From a virus (lineage: Duplodnaviria > Heunggongvirae > Uroviricota > Caudoviricetes), in the IMG/VR virus record IMGVR_UViG_2529292906_000009, positions 3,303 to 67,302 of that record: a stretch of 64,000 bases of DNA; one strand, written 5' to 3'. Both the position numbers and the translations under genes were made by a program. The notes under the pieces are model-generated. The model saw nothing but the letters and a program-made list of their open reading frames with translations, was not told where the DNA came from and searched no databases. This document shows, piece by piece, positions 10,098-19,311 of the stretch. Numbering within the stretch: position 1 is the stretch's first letter; each line of letters begins with the position of its first letter.

Positions 10098-10688
10098 TCA
10101 CTCTCCTTTGATGCGAATGCCAGGGGCGCGTGGCACATTAACTTCCACGATGCGCACAGTTGGTTTGTACATCTCAATCGCAGTCAGCCAGTCAGCGCCA
10201 GTCATGCGCTTTTCTGCATCGCCATTAGTCCACTTAACCGGTACACCAATAGCCTTCATCGCGATTTCTATTTCCCCGGCAATGGCGCTTTTTCCGCAAC
10301 CAGTAAAACCAGATACAACGACCAGAACTTCACCTTTGGCTGGTTTTATTTCCCGCGCTTCCAGTTCTGCTATGCGCTTACTTCCATCCGAGATAACACC
10401 TTCGTAATACTCACGCTGCTCGTTGAGTTTTGATTTTGCTTCCTCAAGCTCAACTCTCAGCTTCCCTACCGTTAGCGCAATATCCTCGTTCTCCTGGTCG
10501 CGGGATTTGATGTATTGCTGGTTCCTTTCCCGTTCATCCAGTAGTGCCAGCACGGTTTCTGGCGAAAAGTGCTTCATAAAATCGTTAAGCGCATTAATTC
10601 GCTGATCGAAAGGCATTACAGGTGCTTCACCAGCAATTTTTGTTTTTTCAGCGATTTCACGAAGCTTTTGATAATCAATCTTGCTCAC
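10098..10688 (-). CDS. Ea22-like coiled-coil protein, 196 aa
   Basis: N-terminus MSKIDYQKLREIAEK and coiled-coil core resemble lambdoid Ea22/ead family. Confidence 0.55.
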   Translation of the reverse strand: MSKIDYQKLREIAEKTKIAGEAPVMPFDQRINALNDFMKHFSPETVLALLDERERNQQYIKSRDQENEDIALTVGKLRVELEEAKSKLNEQREYYEGVISDGSKRIAELEAREIKPAKGEVLVVVSGFTGCGKSAIAGEIEIAMKAIGVPVKWTNGDAEKRMTGADWLTAIEMYKPTVRIVEVNVPRAPGIRIKGE

Positions 10689-11419
10689 TGGTTGCCTCCT
10701 TTGCGAAGCTGGGCAGCAAAGTCAACTAACCACTCAGTCATTTCAACCTTCCCTACCAGGTCTGAACCAGGGTGCATACAGCAATCACTCTGCGCCGCTT
10801 TGAAATCCTTATACTCATATTCTTGGGCCACCAGATTTTTTGCAGCTTCTATAGCAGCATCCACGCCCTGCGCCCGCACTTCAGCCAGGAAAGCATCGGT
10901 GGCTGGCATATTTCCTGTTGCCTTCATGGCCTCCAAAATAACCAGAACGCCATCTCGCCCAACCACCTCAGCGATAACCTCGGTGTTGTCGCCAACAACA
11001 TCGCAGAATGCCTGAACTGCCTTACGAGCCAGCTCATTCTCCACTGCCAGCGCCGTGCGATTACCCTCCAGCTCTGCAATGCGCTGTTTTGCGGCATCCA
11101 GTTCAATCGACAATTTTTCCAACTGCTCTTGATGCTTCTTGTATTCCTGATATGCGTGCCAAGACTGACCTTTGCGCACACTATCAGTGATATCAGTAAT
11201 CTGTTCTGGTGTTAGCGTGATCAGTGGCTGTGATGGGAAAATAAGCACTTTCCCGGAATCCCAATCAAAACCAGCGTGAATTGACTGAACCTCAACTGAA
11301 GGTGTTGAACCAATGCTGCCAGGCGAATGAACAACGATTGTTACATCCATATCGCGACGATGGCTGTGGTTGTTGGACAAAATACGATTCACCAACTCAG
11401 AAAATTTGGAAAATTTCAT
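10685..11419 (-). CDS. Hypothetical coiled-coil protein, 244 aa
   Basis: ORF in track; coiled-coil segment similar to neighbours. Confidence 0.55.
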   Translation of the reverse strand: MKFSKFSELVNRILSNNHSHRRDMDVTIVVHSPGSIGSTPSVEVQSIHAGFDWDSGKVLIFPSQPLITLTPEQITDITDSVRKGQSWHAYQEYKKHQEQLEKLSIELDAAKQRIAELEGNRTALAVENELARKAVQAFCDVVGDNTEVIAEVVGRDGVLVILEAMKATGNMPATDAFLAEVRAQGVDAAIEAAKNLVAQEYEYKDFKAAQSDCCMHPGSDLVGKVEMTEWLVDFAAQLRKGGNQ

Positions 11420-11706
11420 GCTGATTCCCCTTTCTCTGCTCTCTCCTGTCGGAACATCACTATCATCAGGTCGCCTTTTGTCGCTATCCTGGCTGTTGTA
11501 CCTGGTTCAATGCGGCTAAGCTCAAATGCGTCATAGAACGCTTCTAATGCCTTCTGGCGTAGTTCCTGTTTGCGCCGTTTTTTCCACTGTTTTAGGAAAA
11601 TGGAACCCAGCCATCGCCATGTGCGGGACATGATGTAAAGCCAACCGAGAAGTGCCAGACCGGTATTTAGGAGCGTATCGATCGTTATTGTCGTGTCGAT
11701 ATTCAC
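11416..11706 (-). CDS. Small membrane protein (GTG start overlapping upstream stop)
   Basis: Hydrophobic segment LLNTGLALLGWLYIM; GTGA start/stop overlap. Confidence 0.4.
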   Translation of the reverse strand: MNIDTTITIDTLLNTGLALLGWLYIMSRTWRWLGSIFLKQWKKRRKQELRQKALEAFYDAFELSRIEPGTTARIATKGDLMIVMFRQERAEKGESA

Positions 11707-12578
11707 TGGCTGCTTCCTTTGCGAATCTGTTCCGCCCATTCTTCAAGGGATTTCTCCGCATATTCACCAGACAGGCCATCAATCGGATGCGCTTCATTAG
11801 CCAACTCTTCTTTCGCTGACAAAATCATGCGTGTAACGTCGAAAACTTCACGCAAAGACTTATTGATAAATCCGTGATTGAACGCAGCAGCAAGACGGCT
11901 GGCGGTATAGTTAATCCCCTCGTTGCGTGCTTCCGCACGAATTTCAGACAGGAAAGCATCGGTGGCTGGGGTTTCGACATTAGGTCGAAGCTCATAATCA
12001 CAAACTCTTTCAATCCATGGTGATACTCTGTCGCATTTCCTCTTCTTGCGTTCACCGACCTTGGTTGCCTGCTGAATAATTACCCCCCAGCAAATGCTTT
12101 CGACCTCTTCGCTCCATCCATCGCAAGCATCGCCTCTATAGTCGTCAATTGCAGCCTCAGCAGCAGCGATAGCCTCCTCAGCAGTTTTGTGACACTCGAA
12201 ACTAAATTCAGAGCCATATGAGAAATACATAGCCCCGGCCTTCAGCGCCGCATTCTCCGCTGCCAGCGCCGCGAGATTAGTCTCAAGCTCTGCAATTCGA
12301 CACATAGCATCAATATTTGTGTCCTCCAGGCGCTTAATTTCACCAAGCAGCTCCAGTGCAACCTTTGGGTTGAACGCGGCAACATAACGAGCGTTGTTCT
12401 CTGCATTTTTCTGTCCATCAAAGCCGGTCCATTTGATAACGTCTTCACATCGTTCATCACCGGGCGTGTGCACCGCATAAGTACCAGTATCCGTCGAAAT
12501 AAATGCGACCCATTCGTCTGGTGTTGCCTTTTCTGCCGCCTCACGCAGTACCTGATAGTCAATTGTCATTCTCGCCAT
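11703..12578 (-). CDS. Ea22-like hypothetical protein, 291 aa
   Basis: MARMTIDYQVLREAAEK N-terminus parallels the 196-aa paralogue. Confidence 0.55.
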   Translation of the reverse strand: MARMTIDYQVLREAAEKATPDEWVAFISTDTGTYAVHTPGDERCEDVIKWTGFDGQKNAENNARYVAAFNPKVALELLGEIKRLEDTNIDAMCRIAELETNLAALAAENAALKAGAMYFSYGSEFSFECHKTAEEAIAAAEAAIDDYRGDACDGWSEEVESICWGVIIQQATKVGERKKRKCDRVSPWIERVCDYELRPNVETPATDAFLSEIRAEARNEGINYTASRLAAAFNHGFINKSLREVFDVTRMILSAKEELANEAHPIDGLSGEYAEKSLEEWAEQIRKGSSQ

Positions 12579-13210
12579 CCTTCACAGTTGTAATCACTAC
12601 AGCCTTCAAAATCATATGGGCTGTACTGCCAGGTTATTTTTCCGCAATGCGGACAATTCCAACGCACCTTCCCGCTTCGCGACTTCTTTCTTCTGTTTTG
12701 CTTTTTCAACCAGTCAGGCATGACCAAACCTGCGCCCTGAACCATTGTTCTGCGGTTAAAGTTATTGATATTGAACGTCCGGCGCTTTGCTGCATCAGCA
12801 ATGGAAAATGGCAACCAAACTATTCCTGGTTCGTTTTTGTTGGCGACGCTAAAGATGGTCGCTTTACTGAAGTCATCTGTTGGCAATCCACCGTGTTGAA
12901 GCCAGTAAACATCGTTGCCGTTCCAGCTACCTTTTTTGTAGGCCACATACGCAGTGCAATCTGACTCAATCAGGCTTTCTGTAGGGATGTACTGGCAATC
13001 AACGTGCCACACAGCCATTGCATCCACGCTATCAGCGCAAACAGGCTGATCGATATCTCGTCCACAATTCCAGGCTTTTTGGGCTGCTTCCAGCGTGTAA
13101 ACATGAGCGCGATCGATATCAGAACTGTAACCATTGCCGTTATGGCAATGGAATGAGGCGTTATTACCCACAGTTTCACGCAAGCACATCATGTAAAAGC
13201 GGTTATTCAC
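12566..13210 (-). CDS. Hypothetical protein, 214 aa, C-terminal CxxC zinc ribbon
   Basis: CPHCGK...CEGW at C-terminus. Confidence 0.5.
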   Translation of the reverse strand: MNNRFYMMCLRETVGNNASFHCHNGNGYSSDIDRAHVYTLEAAQKAWNCGRDIDQPVCADSVDAMAVWHVDCQYIPTESLIESDCTAYVAYKKGSWNGNDVYWLQHGGLPTDDFSKATIFSVANKNEPGIVWLPFSIADAAKRRTFNINNFNRRTMVQGAGLVMPDWLKKQNRRKKSRSGKVRWNCPHCGKITWQYSPYDFEGCSDYNCEGWRE

Positions 13211-13418
13211 TGGATGCCTCCCAGCAAATTTGTCTTATATAAGAACTGTTAACGCGCTTTACTTTCCCGTCGAACTCCAGTTTCTTTAGACGACGCAAAA
13301 CGTATGCCGTTTTGAGTGTGCGATATTTATCCCTAAGCCAGTTGGTCACGACGTAAGTCATACAGCGCCCGTGTTCTTCCAACACCCGAACTATTTCTTC
13401 GTCGGTTGGCTTGCTCAT
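13203..13418 (-). CDS. Small basic winged-helix-like protein, 71 aa
   Basis: ORF in track, overlapping neighbours by a few nt. Confidence 0.45.
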   Translation of the reverse strand: MSKPTDEEIVRVLEEHGRCMTYVVTNWLRDKYRTLKTAYVLRRLKKLEFDGKVKRVNSSYIRQICWEASSE

Positions 13419-13636
13419 TTTGTCGCTCCTTCAGCTTTCTCTACTTTCGCTGCCATGATTTCCAGCTTTTGTGCTGCCGATGCCGCTAACCTGTGAAATT
13501 CTTCATCTGTTTCAACTGGAATTGGTACAAACCTGACACCAATTTGAGCAAGGCTATGCGCCATTTCGAGACTTGCTCTTAACTCTGCTGGGGATGCTTT
13601 ATTCAGGCCGACTTCCTCACAAATAACTGATTGCAT
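13415..13636 (-). CDS. Hypothetical protein, 73 aa
   Basis: ORF in track. Confidence 0.45.
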   Translation of the reverse strand: MQSVICEEVGLNKASPAELRASLEMAHSLAQIGVRFVPIPVETDEEFHRLAASAAQKLEIMAAKVEKAEGATK

Positions 13637-13645
13637 ACGCTCGCC

Positions 13646-14251
13646 CTACTGAATACGCTCAAACTCGATTACCCAAACCCAGGGATTAGCACTCCAGCTT
13701 TCTTCGCCGTAGATGGATTCCCACAGGCGCTGGAACGCAACCTTGGCCATTGCGAAATCCCCCTTGGGAGTAAGGAATGTTCCCGGGTGATCAGGAAGCA
13801 AACTTCCAGCAGGCGGAACGCCCTCATCCCTTGCATCGCATTCGCTGATATCGTTCAACCGCTCAACGCGCACGTTGGTAATTTCCAGAAGAATGCGCGA
13901 TGCCCAGCGCGGCATGTGAATTGATGGCGTCCACTTTTCTGATACTGGTTTATTACAAACCTCGACCGGAACCCGGTGCGTTTGTTCTGTCCAGGAGTTA
14001 CGCACGCTTGCGCGATAAACCAGCGTTGCGACGTCCGTCGCTTTGCCATGTACCCGGTAGGTTTCGCGAACCCAAATACGATCGCCCGGTTGACCATATG
14101 GACAATGCTTGGCAAGCAACTCTGCGGCCACTGCCCGTCCATAGAATTTTTCTTCAACAATCCTGCGAGTCTGTGTTTTATTCCCGCCAAGAATTGCCCG
14201 GACCATCTCATCGTTAAAAATCATGCCGCGCTCTTTCACTTCGCCTTTCAT
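13646..14251 (-). CDS. ASCH-domain protein, 201 aa
   Basis: ILGGNKTQTRRIV matches ASCH GxKxxExR motif; strong RBS AAGGGGGA before ATG at 14251. Confidence 0.6.
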   Translation of the reverse strand: MKGEVKERGMIFNDEMVRAILGGNKTQTRRIVEEKFYGRAVAAELLAKHCPYGQPGDRIWVRETYRVHGKATDVATLVYRASVRNSWTEQTHRVPVEVCNKPVSEKWTPSIHMPRWASRILLEITNVRVERLNDISECDARDEGVPPAGSLLPDHPGTFLTPKGDFAMAKVAFQRLWESIYGEESWSANPWVWVIEFERIQ

Positions 14252-14260
14252 GCATCCCCC

Positions 14261-14347
14261 TTACCCATGTGCGACGATGCCGCCAAAAGTGATAGAGAAC
14301 AGCCAGAAATAGATCGCGGCCATAATGATTTTGAATGCCGTGTTCAT
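14261..14347 (-). CDS. Candidate 28-aa hydrophobic peptide (MNTAFKIIMAAIYFWLFSITFGGIVAHG)
   Basis: Not in ORF track; AGGAG 8 nt upstream of ATG at 14347; stop 10 nt before the next gene; stable hairpin in its leader. Confidence 0.35.
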   Translation of the reverse strand: MNTAFKIIMAAIYFWLFSITFGGIVAHG

Positions 14348-14429
14348 ATTTTCAGCTCCTGTGATTGATTGGATACATGCCGCGCCTTGCGGCATGTTTT
14401 TATTTTCACTTTCTCTGTTTTAAAAATCA

Positions 14430-14446
14430 AGATTTATTAGAGCAAT
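14430..14446 (-). promoter_or_regulatory. C1-operator-like 17-mer (16/17)
   Basis: agatttattagagcaat on + strand, overlapping the stop of the HAD phosphatase gene. Confidence 0.5.
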
Positions 14447-14952
14447 TATTGTTGATGGAGAAGCGCGTTTTCATACTCCCTGACCATTAACGTAAGTACG
14501 CCGTGACTCCTGAAAACACGCGCCACGTCAATCTTATCTTCCAGCGCGAACGCAATTTTACTTAGACCAATTTTCTTCAGGAGATCAATCTTTGCTGGAC
14601 CGTCATTTCTGTCATCGGTGGCAGGACGCATAGATAGCAAAGGCTCAGTCCCATTTGTTACGTGCTTACGCAACCAGGCTCGTGTTTTATCCCTGGCTAT
14701 CTCACAGCGCCCGGTTACAAACCAGAGGGTGTAAATGCCGGACAACTGGCGCACCATATCAATAACTGGAGTGATGGGAGCATCAGTGTCACAGGCAAGG
14801 TTAAACTCGTTCCAGTGCTCTGTTAATGCACCTTTGCCAGGTGGTGGAAGTAAATGCAGCCTGTCTTCCGTTGCCTCTGATATCGTCCCATCAATATCTA
14901 CTATGACGATGTACGGACGTTCCTGGTGTGCGTGTTTATTGAAAATACTCAA
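14446..14952 (-). CDS. HAD-superfamily phosphatase-like protein, 168 aa
   Basis: VDIDGT motif I of HAD hydrolases near N-terminus. Confidence 0.6.
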   Translation of the reverse strand: MSIFNKHAHQERPYIVIVDIDGTISEATEDRLHLLPPPGKGALTEHWNEFNLACDTDAPITPVIDMVRQLSGIYTLWFVTGRCEIARDKTRAWLRKHVTNGTEPLLSMRPATDDRNDGPAKIDLLKKIGLSKIAFALEDKIDVARVFRSHGVLTLMVREYENALLHQQ

Positions 14953-15024
14953 ATGCCCTCCTCATTGGACGAAAAAAATGCTGGTGGGAGCACTCCACCA
15001 GCATTAAAAGTGACACTGTAACTA

Positions 15025-16287
15025 TCAGCGAACGTAAATAGTGCCGCCGTTCTCTTTTTCCCATGCATCGCTACGTGCATAGCAAACATCGAGAAGTCTT
15101 CTTGCCGCAGTTTCCTCTAAACCCAATTCGACAACCAACTGCTCATGACGGCGGGTAACCACATCAAACAGGGTATGCAGCCCTTTAGTTGCCAGATCAT
15201 CAATGAATTCCGGTTCGAACGGAAGCTCTGCATCTGCCAACATAACCTCTTGCGCCCACTCAACTCGACGGACCAATTCCGGGCGGCGGCTTTCCATCTC
15301 TTTACAGATCAATTCATGGAAGAACTCTACCCAACCTTCCGGCTGGAACTCGCGGAAAATTGCCAACGGCTGGAAGTTTGGCATCAACCATTCGTTGATT
15401 CGGATATCAATGGCATAGCCCATGTCGCAGCAGAACTGATAAGCAAAGTCCAGCTTAGACACGATATAAGGACGCTCGTTATTGAACTCTTTAGGCGATG
15501 AGATCCCATAAGCCAGGAGGCGCGGGAAGAAGGATATTTGCCCTAACGTCGGATGAAGTTTGCTTGCAGGGAAACGGCGCTCAGTAATGCCATACATTTC
15601 CTTCTTGAGCGTCGCAAATTTGGCATTCTCATTAACCAGCGCGGTAACCTCTGCTTTTTTATTAGCAAATGCCACGCGCGCTTCGTTTGCATCTTTAATA
15701 GTTTTTTTGAGCTGTTGGTTAAGGTCGGCGACCTGCTTACGCAGTTCCTGTCGCTCGCTTTTAGCTTTGTTATAGCGTTTCTCAAGGTTAAAAGGATCAA
15801 GTTTCATGATCTCTTTATATTGAGATTTTAGCGTTGAAATCTGTGAGTTCCGCAGTTCAACCATCGCGGTCATTTCATTGAGTTTTGTTTCCAGCTCAAT
15901 GCTTATACGTTCGGCATTATCAGCACGCTGGTTGGCGTCATGCGTCGCATCGTCGATCGCGTCCTGTTGCTGGCGTTTCAAATGTTCAATTTGCAGCTGA
16001 AGCTCTTCAATTTCTTTATCCTTCAGACCGAGATCCAACTGCATATTTTCAGCTGCATCTACCAGGGAGTTATGGCTATCAGCTTCTGCGTTATAAACAT
16101 CAATAAGCTGTGCGTGAAGCATCTCCGCTGACTGAACCGCATTATCAAAAAAACGCGCTGTGAGGTCATCACAACTAACGCGGCGTTGCGCGGCCCGGAT
16201 GTTCTGGATAATGGCCGGGATACCGGCATTCAGGACGTCAGGGATAGATACATTTTCGATTGATTGGTTTTGTGCTGAAGTGATCAT
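15025..16287 (-). CDS. Coiled-coil protein, 420 aa
   Basis: Long heptad-rich N-terminal half, globular C-terminal half; no recognised catalytic motif. Confidence 0.55.
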   Translation of the reverse strand: MITSAQNQSIENVSIPDVLNAGIPAIIQNIRAAQRRVSCDDLTARFFDNAVQSAEMLHAQLIDVYNAEADSHNSLVDAAENMQLDLGLKDKEIEELQLQIEHLKRQQQDAIDDATHDANQRADNAERISIELETKLNEMTAMVELRNSQISTLKSQYKEIMKLDPFNLEKRYNKAKSERQELRKQVADLNQQLKKTIKDANEARVAFANKKAEVTALVNENAKFATLKKEMYGITERRFPASKLHPTLGQISFFPRLLAYGISSPKEFNNERPYIVSKLDFAYQFCCDMGYAIDIRINEWLMPNFQPLAIFREFQPEGWVEFFHELICKEMESRRPELVRRVEWAQEVMLADAELPFEPEFIDDLATKGLHTLFDVVTRRHEQLVVELGLEETAARRLLDVCYARSDAWEKENGGTIYVR

Positions 16288-16288
16288 T

Positions 16289-16507
16289 TCAAAGTTCCGT
16301 ATTAGCTTGTGCTTCGGTCATTTTTCCTAAGTATGAAGGAGGAAGGACTACGCAATTTGTATCCAGTCCCTCACCTATGGCAGCCTGTAAAATTCTGGCT
16401 AAGGTGAGTCTCTTGTTGCGATACCTGGTGATGACATGCCTGATACCGCCGGTCGGCGTAACAAAGGCGATCAGCCAGTAGTGATATTTCCGTCGGAATG
16501 GCCACAT
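16289..16507 (-). CDS. Hypothetical protein, 72 aa
   Basis: ORF in track, immediately downstream of operator pair. Confidence 0.4.
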   Translation of the reverse strand: MWPFRRKYHYWLIAFVTPTGGIRHVITRYRNKRLTLARILQAAIGEGLDTNCVVLPPSYLGKMTEAQANTEL

Positions 16508-16521
16508 AGTGCACCTTGTAT

Positions 16522-16587
16522 ATTGCTCTAATAAAAAACGTGATGAGTGTACATCACGTTTTAAAAATATGGAATTATTAGAGCAAT
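16522..16587. promoter_or_regulatory. Pair of C1-operator-like 17-mers in inverted orientation (16522-16538 + and 16571-16587 -) flanking a 20-bp hairpin
   Basis: attgctctaataaaaaa and ggaattattagagcaat, each 14/17; cgtgatgagtgtacatcacg palindrome between. Confidence 0.45.
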
Positions 16588-16588
16588 A

Positions 16589-17290
16589 TTATTCTGATTC
16601 TCGCTCAAAAAATGAGCTGATAAGGGGAAGCCAATCCTCTGACACTTCGCGAGGTCGCGGTTTGCCGTGGAAAAAGATTATTCGGCAGTCTTTTGGTAAT
16701 GCCCCATTCCCCCTGGAGTAACGCGCGCTCGCATATTTTGAACCAGGTTCCACAACATCGGCCTTGTAACTTACAAACCATCCTGGATACAGATCCTGAA
16801 ATGCTGGTGTATCATCGCCCATAACCTTTCGTAAGAACCCCTGGTCACCCCAACACTCAGTAGTGACACAACGAGAAATCCAACCTTCCGGATCTTGCCA
16901 GAATGAACTCCAGATATGCGCTTTAACACTATTTGGTATCCACAGGGCACCGCTGCCACGATATTGTGGATGGTAAAAATCCCTAAGCATGGTGAAGCTG
17001 GTTGGTGGATGCTCTAGGATTGGGCGTATATCACCGGCAATAACCGTGTCCAAATCCAGATAGAACAGATCATCGGTTATATCCGGTCGGAACAACTCGA
17101 TTTTCGCCCACCAGCCACGGCACTTTTGCCACTGGTTGATCAATGGGATAACTTTGACGCCAGGTACATGTAAACACTTCAGGTCTGTCAGGCAAATAAT
17201 TTCATAGTCTTTTGGCAGTTGATTAACCAGCCACTGCACATCGGAAGCGTTATAGTCACCACCAGAGCGAAGAACTAAAGCAATCTTCAT
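16589..17290 (-). CDS. Putative glycosyltransferase-like protein with DxD motif, 233 aa
   Basis: YLDLDTV (DxD-like) in a predicted alpha/beta N-terminal half; family not confirmed. Confidence 0.4.
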   Translation of the reverse strand: MKIALVLRSGGDYNASDVQWLVNQLPKDYEIICLTDLKCLHVPGVKVIPLINQWQKCRGWWAKIELFRPDITDDLFYLDLDTVIAGDIRPILEHPPTSFTMLRDFYHPQYRGSGALWIPNSVKAHIWSSFWQDPEGWISRCVTTECWGDQGFLRKVMGDDTPAFQDLYPGWFVSYKADVVEPGSKYASARYSRGNGALPKDCRIIFFHGKPRPREVSEDWLPLISSFFERESE

Positions 17291-17979
17291 GCTGCACCAT
17301 CACCTTTCACTTTCATCAATGTCAGGTTTCCGCAAAATACGGCACCAGTGTCGATATACTGCTGATTCCAGAATGTCTTCGGGCTTTTCACCGGAGTGTG
17401 ACCAAAGATAAAACGATCTGCGCCCGAAATTTCGCCACCAATATCATCCATCGAATCACTGATACGCTCGCGCGCCCAGACAACGTTGAAAAGCGGTACC
17501 TCCTTACCGAATTGGTATTCATTATCCGGATAGTCGGCATGGGCTATAACGATAGTTTCTTGCCCGGTGTTCAACTCAATGATATAGGGCAGACGCTTTA
17601 CCAGCTCCACCAGCGCCCAGGCTAATATTTCCTGATCAGTGTCCAGCATGAAGAACCATTGTCCGCCATTCATTAGCCAGTTATTCACGTTGCCATCTGG
17701 ACTTAACGCATCAATCATCAGCCGCTCATGGTTCCCCATCACTGCCCTGAACCAGGGCATCTGCAATAGTTCCAGACATTCGACATTTTCAGTACCGCGA
17801 TCGATAAGGTCGCCGACCGATATCAGTAAATCCTGCGCCGGGTCAAAATCCACACGATGGAGTTCGGACATCAGTCTGGTGTAGCAACCATGCAGATCAC
17901 CAACAACCCAGACATTCCTGTATTTGGTACCGTCGATACGGTGATAAATTGTGGGTGCCATCATGTATTCTTCAGCCAT
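17287..17979 (-). CDS. ppp: Ser/Thr protein phosphatase, lambda-PPase family
   Basis: GDLHG, GDLIDRG and GNHE metallophosphatase motifs; P1 carries ppp in this region. Confidence 0.85.
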   Translation of the reverse strand: MAEEYMMAPTIYHRIDGTKYRNVWVVGDLHGCYTRLMSELHRVDFDPAQDLLISVGDLIDRGTENVECLELLQMPWFRAVMGNHERLMIDALSPDGNVNNWLMNGGQWFFMLDTDQEILAWALVELVKRLPYIIELNTGQETIVIAHADYPDNEYQFGKEVPLFNVVWARERISDSMDDIGGEISGADRFIFGHTPVKSPKTFWNQQYIDTGAVFCGNLTLMKVKGDGAA

Positions 17980-18587
17980 TCTTTAAGAGTCATCTGCGGA
18001 ATACCTCCCATTTTCCCGCATGAAACAACGTCAATCCGTTCACGCGCAGACTGGAATAACAAAGGCAGGTGACTTAGATTTTTTGGCGTGCCGCCGGAGT
18101 GAACGCGTGGTTCTTGTGTAGCGTCAACGCCCACCAGGGCGACATGTTTGAATCCGATATGGAAAGCCAGGTTCAGAGCACCATATGCACTATTGCCGCT
18201 GGCAATTTCATTCTCATCTTCGCAAAGTCCGAAATGTGCGGACCAGCGCCACGCCCACCACTCGGGAGAATTCGTATTTTTTGGCTCCATGCCACGTTCA
18301 GCCACACGACGGAAGCACAGAACGCCGTCTCTGACTTCACGTTCTTTAACATCGGGTAGTGCCATGCAATAACAAACACCACGGCGACGGCGGCCACGAC
18401 CAACGCGCCGCATATTGTCTGGCGATGGATCAAGTGTGAAAAAATAAGAAGCGCGGTTCAGCCAGTCGATGGCCCCATTGACCGCTATAATCGGCACTCC
18501 GCGCGGCGCAACAAAGTTTGCGGCGCTTGGGCCACTGCCGACGATAATAACGCGATCACTGCCTCTAAATTTATTCTTGGGAAACAT
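17961..18587 (-). CDS. Sialyltransferase-fold (GT42 / DUF115 Maf-like) protein, paralogue B, 208 aa
   Basis: [10 protein letters not shown]...IIAVNGA...[24 protein letters not shown] mirrors the Cst-II/Maf motif order. Confidence 0.5.
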   Translation of the reverse strand: MFPKNKFRGSDRVIIVGSGPSAANFVAPRGVPIIAVNGAIDWLNRASYFFTLDPSPDNMRRVGRGRRRRGVCYCMALPDVKEREVRDGVLCFRRVAERGMEPKNTNSPEWWAWRWSAHFGLCEDENEIASGNSAYGALNLAFHIGFKHVALVGVDATQEPRVHSGGTPKNLSHLPLLFQSARERIDVVSCGKMGGIPQMTLKEWLKNT

Positions 18588-19147
18588 TGAATTGCACTGC
18601 TCCTACTTGCATTCAAAATATGTAAATCTGCGTGTTTTTTGCGGGTATCCAGGAACTGCTGTTGCCATTTTGAAATAGACACCTGCGTTGGATTCCGTAG
18701 GGCTTGAGGGTGCGCGCCATGCCAATGAAGGCCGTTTTGCAGAGAACAGTCATAGCCGACTAATACAACTACTTCAGCCCCTGATTCAGCAGCCAGACTG
18801 ATAGCCTGCGCGCCGCTATTTACCCCTTCCGCCGGTCCACAATATCGCCTGTACTCCAACGAAAATGATTTCGCCGCCGCCAGGTTGGCTGTCACTTTGC
18901 GGAATTTCCCTCCCGGTATGGTGGATCCGTATTGCTTCCACCATGACAAATCACCGGCGTATAAGGCATAAATGTCATCGAACATCTGCCAGGAATTGTT
19001 AACCGCGATGATTGAACAGCCAGTTTTTTCTATAGCAGCACAGTCCTCACGAGTGAGTGACGGACCGCTACCGACACAAAAAACAGTCCTAGTCGCCCTG
19101 GGTGGTATGTTCATTCTCAGCTGCAAATTCAGCCTCCAGGCGAGCAT
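18485..19147 (-). CDS. Sialyltransferase-fold (GT42 / DUF115 Maf-like) protein, paralogue A, 220 aa
   Basis: VFCVGSGPSL...IIAVNNS...NSGAQAISLAAESGAEVVVLVGYD; C-terminus overlaps paralogue B by about 100 nt. Confidence 0.5.
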   Translation of the reverse strand: MLAWRLNLQLRMNIPPRATRTVFCVGSGPSLTREDCAAIEKTGCSIIAVNNSWQMFDDIYALYAGDLSWWKQYGSTIPGGKFRKVTANLAAAKSFSLEYRRYCGPAEGVNSGAQAISLAAESGAEVVVLVGYDCSLQNGLHWHGAHPQALRNPTQVSISKWQQQFLDTRKKHADLHILNASRSSAIQCFPRINLEAVIALLSSAVAQAPQTLLRRAECRL

Positions 19148-19311
19148 TCATTTCAGCGATTACCGGGTCCACTACAGCATCTGCTTCCTGTTCATTACGC
19201 GGCATGATCGATGCCAGCGATTCATAATTAGCCTTGGATGACACGATTATTCTCCCGATGTTAATGTGCGCTGTATCAAAGATACACATATGCACTAATT
19301 AATTTATTATT

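Noticed and set aside
14376-14402. Hairpin with a T-tract on the plus strand, considered as terminator of an antisense RNA against the 28-aa peptide
   Set aside because: No plus-strand promoter or gene upstream; on the transcribed minus strand it is preceded, not followed, by the U-run, so it is more likely a leader structure. Left as part of the peptide finding rather than called a terminator.
14430-14446. Recurrent ATTTATTAGAGCAAT motif first read as an Lpa late-promoter box
   Set aside because: Its 17-bp asymmetric form and its placement before early genes (lpa, kilA, the ant operon, dmt/ban) fit the C1 repressor operator better; the late operons instead carry a TGACT(T/A)-N4-TANNNT element.
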